A stretch of DNA of 64,000 nt from Candidatus Dormiibacterota bacterium (GTDB taxonomy: Bacteria > Chloroflexota > Dormibacteria > Aeolococcales > Aeolococcaceae): positions 2,112,001 to 2,176,000 of the forward strand of contig OY970355.1 of NCBI GenBank assembly GCA_963718525.1, in the 5' to 3' direction. Numbering within the stretch: position 1 is the first letter of the stretch; the number at the start of each line of letters is the position of its first letter. Under the pieces are notes generated by a model, which ran no database searches, was not told the DNA's origin, and was given only the letters and a program-made list of their open reading frames with translations. The translations under genes were made by a program, and so were the position numbers. Below are positions 28,165 through 36,237 of the stretch, in pieces.

Positions 28165-29246
28165 CGTCCTTCCTCCTTGGCTGTTTCTGCGCGTTGCTGC
28201 TCGATGCGAGTGGGCAGAACGTCGTACACGTGCTGAAAGATGTAATCGGAATCCGGCCGCGGGAGCGCCGATGCCGCTTTCTGTGCGGCATCGAGCTCGA
28301 GCCGGATCTCTGCTTTGAGAGCTTCGACATCGACTTCCGTCAACAGGCCGTGCGCGATCACATACCGTTCCACGCGGGCCAGCGGATCATTCGCGACCGC
28401 CGCCGCCACCTCGGCCTGGTGACGGTAGTCATTCGGGTTGTCCGAGGTGTTGTGAAAGCCAACTCGGTATGTCCGGCATTCGATGAGGGTCGGCCCCCCG
28501 CCTGCAAGGGCGCGGGTCACGGCTTCGTGGGATGCGGCGTACACCGCGAAGAGGTCGTCCCCGTCCACCACGACGCCGGGCATCCCGTATCCGAGCGCTC
28601 GGGAGGCGAGACTCGCCGCCGCGGTCTGTTTGTGAAATGGGGTCGAGATGGCGTACTGGTTGTTGATGACAACGATGACGAGCGGGACGCGCATCACCCC
28701 GGCAAGGTTCAGCAACTCGTGGAAATCGCCCTCCGAGGAAGCCCCGTCGCCGCAATAGACCATGACCGCTGCGTGCTCGTGGCGTAGCTTCATCGCCCAG
28801 GCCAACCCCGCGGCGTGCGGTAGCTGCGCGCCGATGGCCTGCTGCCGAGGCAGCAATTTGACGCCTTGCGGGATTCCCGCATGGTTCAGGCGCCCCATGT
28901 ATCCGGCGAAGAAATTGATCAGGGGAAGCCCGTGCCGGATCATGGCCGGCTGTTCGCGCGATGCGGGCACCATCCAGTCCCGGTCTGGGTCGAGCGCCAT
29001 CGCGGATCCGACAACGGCTGCCTCCTGCCCGTGCACCGGGGCGTAGAGACCGACACGTTTCAGGCGTTGGAGCTTGGTGGCCAGGTCGTCGATGGCTCGG
29101 GACTGGATCATGAGCCGGTATGCCTCGAGGATCTGATCCCTGCGCATCGGCACGGCGCCATCCACCTGGCCGTCGGGATTGAGGGGCTGCAGGGGAACCA
29201 CCGCGTGGTTGCCGGGTCCGGCCGTCACGGCGGGTTGGCGCGCCAT
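28161..29246 (-). CDS. 2-oxoacid (pyruvate/branched-chain) dehydrogenase E1 alpha
   Basis: GQEAA, TPP motif GDGASSEGDFHE...NNQYAIS, TYRVGFHNTSD. Confidence 0.92.
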   Translation of the reverse strand: MARQPAVTAGPGNHAVVPLQPLNPDGQVDGAVPMRRDQILEAYRLMIQSRAIDDLATKLQRLKRVGLYAPVHGQEAAVVGSAMALDPDRDWMVPASREQPAMIRHGLPLINFFAGYMGRLNHAGIPQGVKLLPRQQAIGAQLPHAAGLAWAMKLRHEHAAVMVYCGDGASSEGDFHELLNLAGVMRVPLVIVVINNQYAISTPFHKQTAAASLASRALGYGMPGVVVDGDDLFAVYAASHEAVTRALAGGGPTLIECRTYRVGFHNTSDNPNDYRHQAEVAAAVANDPLARVERYVIAHGLLTEVDVEALKAEIRLELDAAQKAASALPRPDSDYIFQHVYDVLPTRIEQQRAETAKEEGR

Positions 29247-30271
29247 CAGCCTTCCACAGCCTTTCGTACGGCGCTGATGATGCGTGGGACGGTCGGAAGC
29301 CACGCGTCTTCGAGCGCACCCGGGGGATAGGGCACATCGCGTCCGCCAACGCGGAGCACTGGGGAATCGAGTGACATGAACGCCTCCTCGTGGAGGGTGG
29401 CCGAGATCTCGGCACCGAATCCGCCGGTGAGCGGCGCCTCGTGCACGACCACCGCTCGTCCCGTGCTCGTCACTGCATGAACCAGCCCGTCGACATCAAG
29501 GGGGACCAATGTTCGAATGTCGAGCACCGCTGCCGAGATGCCGCTCGAATCGAGCTCGGCGGCCGCGGCGAGGCAGAGATGCACGGCTGCTCCCCACGCG
29601 ATCAGGGTGACGTCGGAACCCTGGCGCACGAGACGAGAGCGTCCGAACGGCAGCGGATCGTCGCGCACGGTGACTGGTCCTCTGACGGTGCGATACAAGC
29701 GCTGGGGCTCGACGAAGAGCACCGGATCGGGGTCTCGGATCGCCATGCTCAGCATGTTCCGCGCGTCGTCGGGGAACGCCGGACACACGATCTTGATGCC
29801 CGGGGTTTGCGCGAACTGCAACTCGACCGCGTCGGCATGGAACTCCGGGGTCCGAACGCCACCCCCGTCAGGCGCGCGAATGGTCACGGGCATCGGATAG
29901 CGGCCGCGCGATCGAGAGCGGAATCGCGCGAGCTGTGGGCCGACCTGATGAAAGGCCTGATACGTGAAGCCGAGAAACTGAATCTCCGGCACCGGAATCA
30001 TGCCCCCGATTGCGAGGCCCACCGATGCGCCGACAATGCTCGCCTCGGCCAGCGGGGTGTCGAAGACGCGATCGACGCCGAAGCGCTGTTGCAGTCCCTG
30101 GGTGACGCGAAACACGCCACCAAGTGTCCCCACGTCCATGCCGAAGACCACGACACGCTCGTCGCGCGCCATCTCCTCAAAGAGAGCGGCACGGATCGCC
30201 TCGAGGATCGACATCTCCTCGGTGGCCGGCGCCGCCTTTGCCTGGTGCACCACGGTCTGGACATCCGTCAT
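29246..30271 (-). CDS. 2-oxoacid (pyruvate/branched-chain) dehydrogenase E1 beta
   Basis: GGVFRVTQGL, DTPLAEASIVG, PVPEIQF, EFHAD, TGRAVVVHEA. Confidence 0.92.
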   Translation of the reverse strand: MTDVQTVVHQAKAAPATEEMSILEAIRAALFEEMARDERVVVFGMDVGTLGGVFRVTQGLQQRFGVDRVFDTPLAEASIVGASVGLAIGGMIPVPEIQFLGFTYQAFHQVGPQLARFRSRSRGRYPMPVTIRAPDGGGVRTPEFHADAVELQFAQTPGIKIVCPAFPDDARNMLSMAIRDPDPVLFVEPQRLYRTVRGPVTVRDDPLPFGRSRLVRQGSDVTLIAWGAAVHLCLAAAAELDSSGISAAVLDIRTLVPLDVDGLVHAVTSTGRAVVVHEAPLTGGFGAEISATLHEEAFMSLDSPVLRVGGRDVPYPPGALEDAWLPTVPRIISAVRKAVEG

Positions 30272-30288
30272 GGGGTTGCTCCCAATAT

Positions 30289-30303
30289 TGGAATGCCATT
30301 CTA
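30289..30303. promoter_or_regulatory. Second copy of the IclR-like operator
   Basis: TGGAATG-C-CATTCTA (one mismatch) just upstream of the E1 beta start. Confidence 0.6.
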
Positions 30304-30316
30304 CTCTTGGGCTCAG

Positions 30317-30426
30317 GGCGTGAACGAGATCTTCGTTGATGCCTCCGGCAACATCTACCCAACGACTACGGCGATGAGAGGATCGAGGTGTTCATCCACC
30401 GCATTGAGGATGACCCAGGCGTTTGA
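30317..30426 (+). pseudogene. Remnant of an NHL-repeat (beta-propeller) gene: one frameshifted repeat plus a stop
   Basis: GVNEIFVDASGNIY, then 2 nt, then NDYGDERIEVFIHRIEDDPGV*; fits the NHL consensus (GIAVDxxGNIYVxDxxNxRIQVF). Confidence 0.5.
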
Positions 30427-30452
30427 CGCTTTCAAAGCATTTGCGCTATGGT
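30423..30452 (+). promoter_or_regulatory. Candidate promoter for the oxidase operon
   Basis: TTGACG-N18-TATGGT. Confidence 0.4.
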
Positions 30453-30823
30453 GTTTGCACCGGGGGTAAGGGCTGAATTCGCCAGGGGGAGGCGACGACC
30501 TGGGCGCAAGGGGCTTCTCACCGACCGGTTAGCGAGACCTCGCCGCCCGACCACCCGAGTCGCGGGCGGCAGGTCCCGCGCCATTCGTGGCGCGGAACCA
30601 CTTGACGGAACCCCTCTAACACCGCGATCATGTCGCGGTCCCCGGTAGCCCGTTGAGTGGAGAAAGGGTGCCCGGATTCAGTGTTCTTGTGACGTCGCAG
30701 GTGTGGGCGAGCGCGCACGCTCGGCACAGTGGGCTGCTCCACGCGACCTTCGCCGCGCCGCTCCGTGCTGACGTCGTCATCGCCATTGCCGCTGTCGCGC
30801 ATACATAGAGGTAAGGCACACCC

Positions 30824-31453
30824 ATGCGATCGAGATTCTGGTATCTGGTAGGCGGCCTGGTCGTGGCAGGGGTGGCGGTCGGGTTCTTCGTGACCCGGTT
30901 CCTCAACCCGACGCCGCCGCAGATCACGGCTACCACGACGTCGGAGACCCTCCTGGGCCGCCCAGTCGTGAACTTCACTCTGACTACGGTCGCCGCCGTC
31001 GGCACCGCCGGTCAGGGAAATGGCGCGCATCCGAACTGGGTCGGCTATCTGCCCACCACCTATCTCAAGGTCCCTGCCGGGGCCGTCGTGCACATGACCA
31101 TCGATCAGCAGGACGGTCAGACCGGGCTCCGGAATGAATACCTCGGCCTTGTCAGAGGCACGATCAACAACCAGATGACTGTGGACGGCAAGGTCATGGG
31201 CGCGATCGATCCGTCTCTCGCTGCCCACACGTTCACCGTCCCGGACCTCGGACTGAGCGTTCCATTGGAGGGTGTCCCGGCGAACGCCGCAGCCAACGCG
31301 CAGATCGTGATCGAGTTCAGCTTCGTGGTGCCCGACAAGCCCGGCCTCTTCCGGTGGCAGTGCTTCGTCCCCTGTGCCGCGGGGACGCTCTACGGCAACG
31401 GCGGCCCAATGCAAACGCTCGGCTACATGGCCGGCGAGCTCCAGGTGGGCTGA
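30824..31453 (+). CDS. Membrane-anchored cupredoxin-like protein
   Basis: N-terminal TM helix; LKVPAGAVVHMTI, AHTFTVP, FSFVVPDKPGLFRWQCFVPC...PMQTLGYMAGELQV; first gene of the cox operon. Confidence 0.75.
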   Translation: MRSRFWYLVGGLVVAGVAVGFFVTRFLNPTPPQITATTTSETLLGRPVVNFTLTTVAAVGTAGQGNGAHPNWVGYLPTTYLKVPAGAVVHMTIDQQDGQTGLRNEYLGLVRGTINNQMTVDGKVMGAIDPSLAAHTFTVPDLGLSVPLEGVPANAAANAQIVIEFSFVVPDKPGLFRWQCFVPCAAGTLYGNGGPMQTLGYMAGELQVG

Positions 31454-31455
31454 CG

Positions 31456-32295
31456 ATGAGAAATCGAGCAGCGACCGGCCGGTTGGGGGTTGCCATCTGG
31501 ATCGTGGTTGCCGTCCTCGGCGACATCGCTCTAGCTCTCGCCCCCATCCCGCCCGGGCAGGCAGCGACCCTCGCGTCCGATGAGAGCGAGGTCATCAGGA
31601 TCCTCGCGATGGCCGGCTGGCCGATCTTCTTCGGCGTGTTGATGGGTCTCTACTTCATGCTCTTCTTGAATCGCGTCGCCCCTTCCGAGCGCGAGGTACC
31701 GCCCGGCGAACTCAGGGGCAACTCGCGTCTCCAGACGACGTGGATCGTCACGAGCGTAGTTCTGGTGCTCATCCTCGCCACCTATGGGACCGTCGAGCTC
31801 GCGAATGAGGAACCCGGAGCCGGGGTCCCGACTTCTGCGACGGCGCTTTCGCTTCCCACGTCCCCGAGCCAGCCGCTCGAGGTCCAGGTCATTGCACAGC
31901 AATGGTGGTTCACGTACAGGTATCCAGCGTATGGCGGCATCGAGACAGCGCAACTTGTGCTGCCGGTCGGGCAGAAGATTGAGTTCAATGTCACTTCCCT
32001 CGACGTCGTTCACTCCTTCAACTTCTTTGCGCTGGGCGTGAAAGCTGACGCTGTGCCCCTCAACGACAACGTCGTGTCGTCGACTCCAACCGAGATCGGA
32101 ACCTACAGGGTCCAGTGCACGGAGCTCTGCGGTCTCTGGCACGGAAACATGTCGGACAACACGGCGATGGTCGTGAGCCAGTCGGATTTTGCGTCCTGGA
32201 TACAACAGCAGACCGCGCTTGACGCACCGATCATGAAATATCTGCTGCCGTACAGCCACACGTACGAACCATCGCCAGTCGTCTACGGCCACTGA
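31456..32295 (+). CDS. coxB: Cytochrome c oxidase subunit II (CuA)
   Basis: Two TM helices, VQVIAQQWWFTYRY, SLDVVHSF, CTELCGLWHGNM; no fused cytochrome c. Confidence 0.93.
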   Translation: MRNRAATGRLGVAIWIVVAVLGDIALALAPIPPGQAATLASDESEVIRILAMAGWPIFFGVLMGLYFMLFLNRVAPSEREVPPGELRGNSRLQTTWIVTSVVLVLILATYGTVELANEEPGAGVPTSATALSLPTSPSQPLEVQVIAQQWWFTYRYPAYGGIETAQLVLPVGQKIEFNVTSLDVVHSFNFFALGVKADAVPLNDNVVSSTPTEIGTYRVQCTELCGLWHGNMSDNTAMVVSQSDFASWIQQQTALDAPIMKYLLPYSHTYEPSPVVYGH

Positions 32296-32330
32296 CGTGA
32301 TCGACCTCATGCACACAAGGGAAAGCTGAT

Positions 32331-34253
32331 GTGGATGCTGTAACCCCGACGCGCCCGCCGATATCTACTCGGCCGACGCTGGCACGCCGGCTCAACGAGT
32401 GGGGGCTGCTGCTTGGGGTCATTGGTGCGGTGATCGGTTTCCTCCTCGGGTTCTGGATTGGCAACCTGGCGATTGCCAACTCGTTCAGCACGGACAACTC
32501 GCTTGGTTCCGACCCGGGGATCCTGCTCGGCTATACCCTGAGCGTCGTTGGCTTCCTCGCCGGGATGGGCTTTCTCAACTACCCGATCGGCCGCCTGCTG
32601 GGCGCGAGGCGGCCTTCCGAGGAGGACAACGCCTACATGCACGGCGAGGGTGGCGGCTTGAGCCGCTACTTCCGCATGACGACCGATCACAAGGTGATCG
32701 GTTTGCAATACCTCATGATGATCCTCGCCTTCCTGTTCATCGGTGGATTGGGTGCGATGTTCATCAGGAGTGAGCTCCTGACGCCGGTGCCATCGGTCGC
32801 CAACGCGCAGTCGTACCTGACACTGGTGGGATTGCACAGCACGCTGATGATCTTCATGGCCTCAGCGGCGATCATCGGGCCGTTCGGCAACTACTTCGTC
32901 CCGATCATGATCGGGTCGCGCAACATGGCGTTTCCCCAACTCGAAGCGCTGACGTTCTGGCTGCTGCCGCCTGCGGGTCTGATTCTGTTGTCCACCGTGT
33001 TCCTCGGCGGATTCACGACCGGTTGGACGGGCTATGCCCCGCTCTCCGATCAGAACGTTCTCGGCATGGACGCGTACCTGATGGCATTTGCCTTGATCGG
33101 TCTCTCAATCGGCCTATCAGGTCTGAATATGATCGCGACCATTGTCACCAAGCGCCATCCCGGCATGCCATATAGCCGGATGCCGGTGTTCGTCTGGGGG
33201 GTGTTGGTCACTTCATTCCTTGGCCTTCTCGCCTCTCCGGCACTCATCGTCGCGGTGCTGATGGAGATGTTCAGCCGGACATATCAGACGACATTCTTCG
33301 TGCCCGCGGGCGGTGGCTCGCCGTATCTGTGGGAGAACCTGTTCTGGTTCTTCGGCCATCCAGAGGTCTACATCTTCGTCATTCCCGCGTTCGGACTGAT
33401 CATGGAGATGCTGCCCGCGTTCACCCGCAAGCCGCTGTGGGGGTACCGCGTGTCGATCGGCGGCATGGTGGAAGTCGGTCTCCTGAGCTTCACCGTCTGG
33501 CAGCACCACCTGTTCGTGAGCGGCCTGGCACCGTCGTTGCGCCCGTTCTACATGTTCTCAACAGAGCTGATCTCAGTTCCGACGGGCATCATCTATCTCA
33601 TCGCGCTGGGTTCGATGTGGCGAGCGCGCACCCGCTTCAGCACTCCGATGCTCTTCATCTGCGCATTCTTTTTCAACTTCCTGATCGGAGGATTCACTGG
33701 TGTTTTCCTCTCAGACGTCCCGAGTGATTTCACGCTGCACGCCAGCTACTTCGTTCAGGCTCACTTCCACTACACCATCATGGGTGGCGAGGTGTTCGCG
33801 CTCATGGCTGGGATCGTGTACTACCTTCCAAAGATGACGGGCGTGTCCATGGACACCAAGCTACTGAAGTTCCAATTCTGGGCGGTCTTTCTCACTTTCA
33901 ACGGAACGTTTCTCTCGCTGATCGCGGTCGGCATCATGGGTATGACGCGCCGCGTGATCAGTTATGCGCCCTATCTGCAACCGCTCAACGTCTCGGCCTC
34001 CATTTTCGCATTCGGCCTCGGAGCATCAATGGCGCTGTTCCTTGGAATCTTGATCTGGCAGGCCGCGATCAAGAAAGTGCCGGCTACGACCAACCCGTGG
34101 GAATCGCTGGGTGTCGAATGGCAGCTGCCGACGCCGGTTCCGATATTCAACTTCGACAAGGTGCCGACAGCCTGGTCGCTGCCGTACAACTACGACACCG
34201 GTAAGCCGGCGGCGGAGTTCGGCCCGGTTGTACCGGCCTTCGGTGGAGCGTGA
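32331..34253 (+). CDS. coxA: Heme-copper oxidase subunit I with N-terminal TM extension
   Basis: TTDHKVIG, GLHSTLM, GWTGYAPL, WFFGHPEVY, WQHH, AHFHY, MTRR. Confidence 0.95.
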   Translation: MDAVTPTRPPISTRPTLARRLNEWGLLLGVIGAVIGFLLGFWIGNLAIANSFSTDNSLGSDPGILLGYTLSVVGFLAGMGFLNYPIGRLLGARRPSEEDNAYMHGEGGGLSRYFRMTTDHKVIGLQYLMMILAFLFIGGLGAMFIRSELLTPVPSVANAQSYLTLVGLHSTLMIFMASAAIIGPFGNYFVPIMIGSRNMAFPQLEALTFWLLPPAGLILLSTVFLGGFTTGWTGYAPLSDQNVLGMDAYLMAFALIGLSIGLSGLNMIATIVTKRHPGMPYSRMPVFVWGVLVTSFLGLLASPALIVAVLMEMFSRTYQTTFFVPAGGGSPYLWENLFWFFGHPEVYIFVIPAFGLIMEMLPAFTRKPLWGYRVSIGGMVEVGLLSFTVWQHHLFVSGLAPSLRPFYMFSTELISVPTGIIYLIALGSMWRARTRFSTPMLFICAFFFNFLIGGFTGVFLSDVPSDFTLHASYFVQAHFHYTIMGGEVFALMAGIVYYLPKMTGVSMDTKLLKFQFWAVFLTFNGTFLSLIAVGIMGMTRRVISYAPYLQPLNVSASIFAFGLGASMALFLGILIWQAAIKKVPATTNPWESLGVEWQLPTPVPIFNFDKVPTAWSLPYNYDTGKPAAEFGPVVPAFGGA

Positions 34254-34858
34254 GCATGGGGGACGTCAGCCCGACCGGACTCACCGTCATCGACGAGGTC
34301 GCTGGAGGCGAACGCACGCTGGCCTTCGGCTCGCGGTTGGTCATGGCTGCGAACACAACCCTTCAGCTGAGCCTCCTCTTCGCATTTCTCTACCTGCGCG
34401 CGAACAACTTCGGCGGGATGTGGCACCCGAGCGGGGTCGGCACGCCACCTCAAGTGCTCGCGCTCGTCGCCTTGGCGTTTCCGTTGCTGACGCTCCTCGC
34501 CCTCTGGGGAGTCTGGAGCGGCCTGAGCAGGGCACGCGAATCCAGCGCGGTGTCGGGGTTGCTGTGGCTAGCTCTCCTGGGCGCGATCCTCACCGGGGCG
34601 GTGCGCATTCTCCTGATGTACCAGTTCAATTGGGAGCTCTTCAGCGCAGGCACGTATGCTGACCTGGCGACCTTGTGGTACGCGGTGCTATGCGCAGAGT
34701 TCATCGGGGTCGGTCTGTGGTTGTTGAGCCTTGTGATGGGGCACGTGCGCCGTACCGACCCACTGAGCACCGCACACGCCCGAGCCGTTCTGGAGCAGTG
34801 GACGTACATCACCGGCGTCTCGATCGCGGTGTACCTGCTGGTCCAGTACGTCACGTAG
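34250..34858 (+). CDS. coxC: Heme-copper oxidase subunit III-like (short, about 5 TM)
   Basis: Position after subunit I with GTGA overlap; LLFAFLYLRA.N; about 5 hydrophobic segments; divergent. Confidence 0.65.
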   Translation: MSMGDVSPTGLTVIDEVAGGERTLAFGSRLVMAANTTLQLSLLFAFLYLRANNFGGMWHPSGVGTPPQVLALVALAFPLLTLLALWGVWSGLSRARESSAVSGLLWLALLGAILTGAVRILLMYQFNWELFSAGTYADLATLWYAVLCAEFIGVGLWLLSLVMGHVRRTDPLSTAHARAVLEQWTYITGVSIAVYLLVQYVT

Positions 34859-34864
34859 GCCGGC

Positions 34865-35704
34865 ATGCTCTGGCGATCGCTGCTCGACTGGAGCTTCGAA
34901 CCAGTACCCATCGTAGGGTGCGCGACGGCCGCCTACCTCTACTGGCGCGGGCGGCGGACCGCGTCGCCGGCGTTGGGACGCTCGGCATCGTGGGACAACG
35001 GGGACACGGCGTTCGCACTCGGCATCGCAGCGCTCATGCTCGCCCTGGTGTCGCCGATCTCGTACTTCGATACCACGTTCCAGTGGGACCACATGGTGCA
35101 GCACGTGCTGCTGCTGCTGGTCGCTCCTCCGCTCATCCTGCTCGCAGACCCGTTTCGAACGGCGTGGGCTGGTTATCTCGCCGCGCAGGGAAGGCCCGCC
35201 TCGGTCGAAAACACCTGGCCCGCGCGCATGATGCGAATCCTCCACACGGGGCCGAAGGCGGCGATCGTCGTGGTCCTCGTGTTCAGTGTCGACCTCCTGG
35301 TCTGGCACCTCCCGGCTATCTACAACGCGACGCTCCGGCTTGCGTCGGTGCACGATCTTGAGCATCTGAGCTTTCTCGTCGTCGGTCTCCTGTTCTGGGA
35401 CCAGGTGATCAGCTCGGTCAAGGCGACCGAGCGGCTCTCGATGCTGGGTCGCGCGGTCGTGGTCCTGGCGGGGATGTTTGTGAGCTGGGGTCTCGCAATC
35501 GTCATCGCTTATGCGACGCAACCGCTGTACGCGTACCCCGTGACCCAGGGCGGGCTCAGCCTCCTGGGAGATCAGGAGATCGCCGCGGGTGTGATGTGGG
35601 TCCCGGGAGGCACGCCCTTCGTGGTCGCACTGCTCTACCTTGGCATCCGGTGGTTCGAGATCGACGACCGCTCCGCGGGCAGCACCGTGGTGACTCAGCC
35701 ATGA
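34865..35704 (+). CDS. ctaG: CtaG-like cytochrome c oxidase assembly factor (caa3_CtaG family)
   Basis: SPI, HMVQHVLLLLVAPPL, WHLPAIY, HDLEH, DQEIAAGVMW. Confidence 0.88.
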   Translation: MLWRSLLDWSFEPVPIVGCATAAYLYWRGRRTASPALGRSASWDNGDTAFALGIAALMLALVSPISYFDTTFQWDHMVQHVLLLLVAPPLILLADPFRTAWAGYLAAQGRPASVENTWPARMMRILHTGPKAAIVVVLVFSVDLLVWHLPAIYNATLRLASVHDLEHLSFLVVGLLFWDQVISSVKATERLSMLGRAVVVLAGMFVSWGLAIVIAYATQPLYAYPVTQGGLSLLGDQEIAAGVMWVPGGTPFVVALLYLGIRWFEIDDRSAGSTVVTQP

Positions 35705-36229
35705 GCAGGAAACCTCGTCTCGTGTTCGGCTGTGCCTTGGCATTGCTAGTCGCCGGGTGCGGCGGCCCGCACCTTCCTGCGAGTGCGTCGCAGCCTGTTA
35801 CGGCGTCGGGGGGCCCAACCCTGACCGGCAAGGACGTGAGCATCACGTCGTTCCGCGGGCATCCCGTGGTCTTGATTTTCTGGGCGTCGTGGTGCGGACC
35901 CTGCCATGATGAGCAGCCGGCGTTGAACACGTCGTATACAGCGTGGCTGTCTCGCGGCGTCGTGTTCCTGGGGATCGACCTGCGTGACACGACGGCACCC
36001 GCGCTCGCATTTCAGACGGCGTTCAAGGTGCCGTATCCCAGCATTGCGGACACGAACGCCACACTCGCGGTCGACTACCGTATTCCGTCGGCGCCCGCGT
36101 TGGTCTTTCTCAACACTCAGGGCAAGGTGGCCGATGTTGTCCTAGGAGGAACTCGGAACCATGAGCGTCGCCGCCTTCAATGCGGAGATCACCGCCCTCC
36201 TGGGCACGTCGACGACAGGAAGCGCATAG
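35701..36229 (+). CDS. TlpA/ResA-like thioredoxin lipoprotein; as sequenced it reads in-frame into ctaB, probably through a 1-nt insertion near 36151
   Basis: Lipobox LVAGC and FWASWCGPC. Removing one A gives VLGGLGTMSVAAFNAEITALLGTSTTGSA* with TAG at 36227-36229. Confidence 0.8.
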
Positions 36230-36237
36230 GAGCGGGA

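Noticed and set aside
30422-30436. TTTGA-N5-TCAAA as an FNR/CRP-type box upstream of the oxidase
   Set aside because: Spacing and half-sites do not fit TTGAT-N4-ATCAA; it is better explained as a -35 element.
30689-30808. 39-codon GTG ORF (VTSQVWASAHARH...) just before the cupredoxin
   Set aside because: No convincing SD or motif; it cannot be distinguished from chance.
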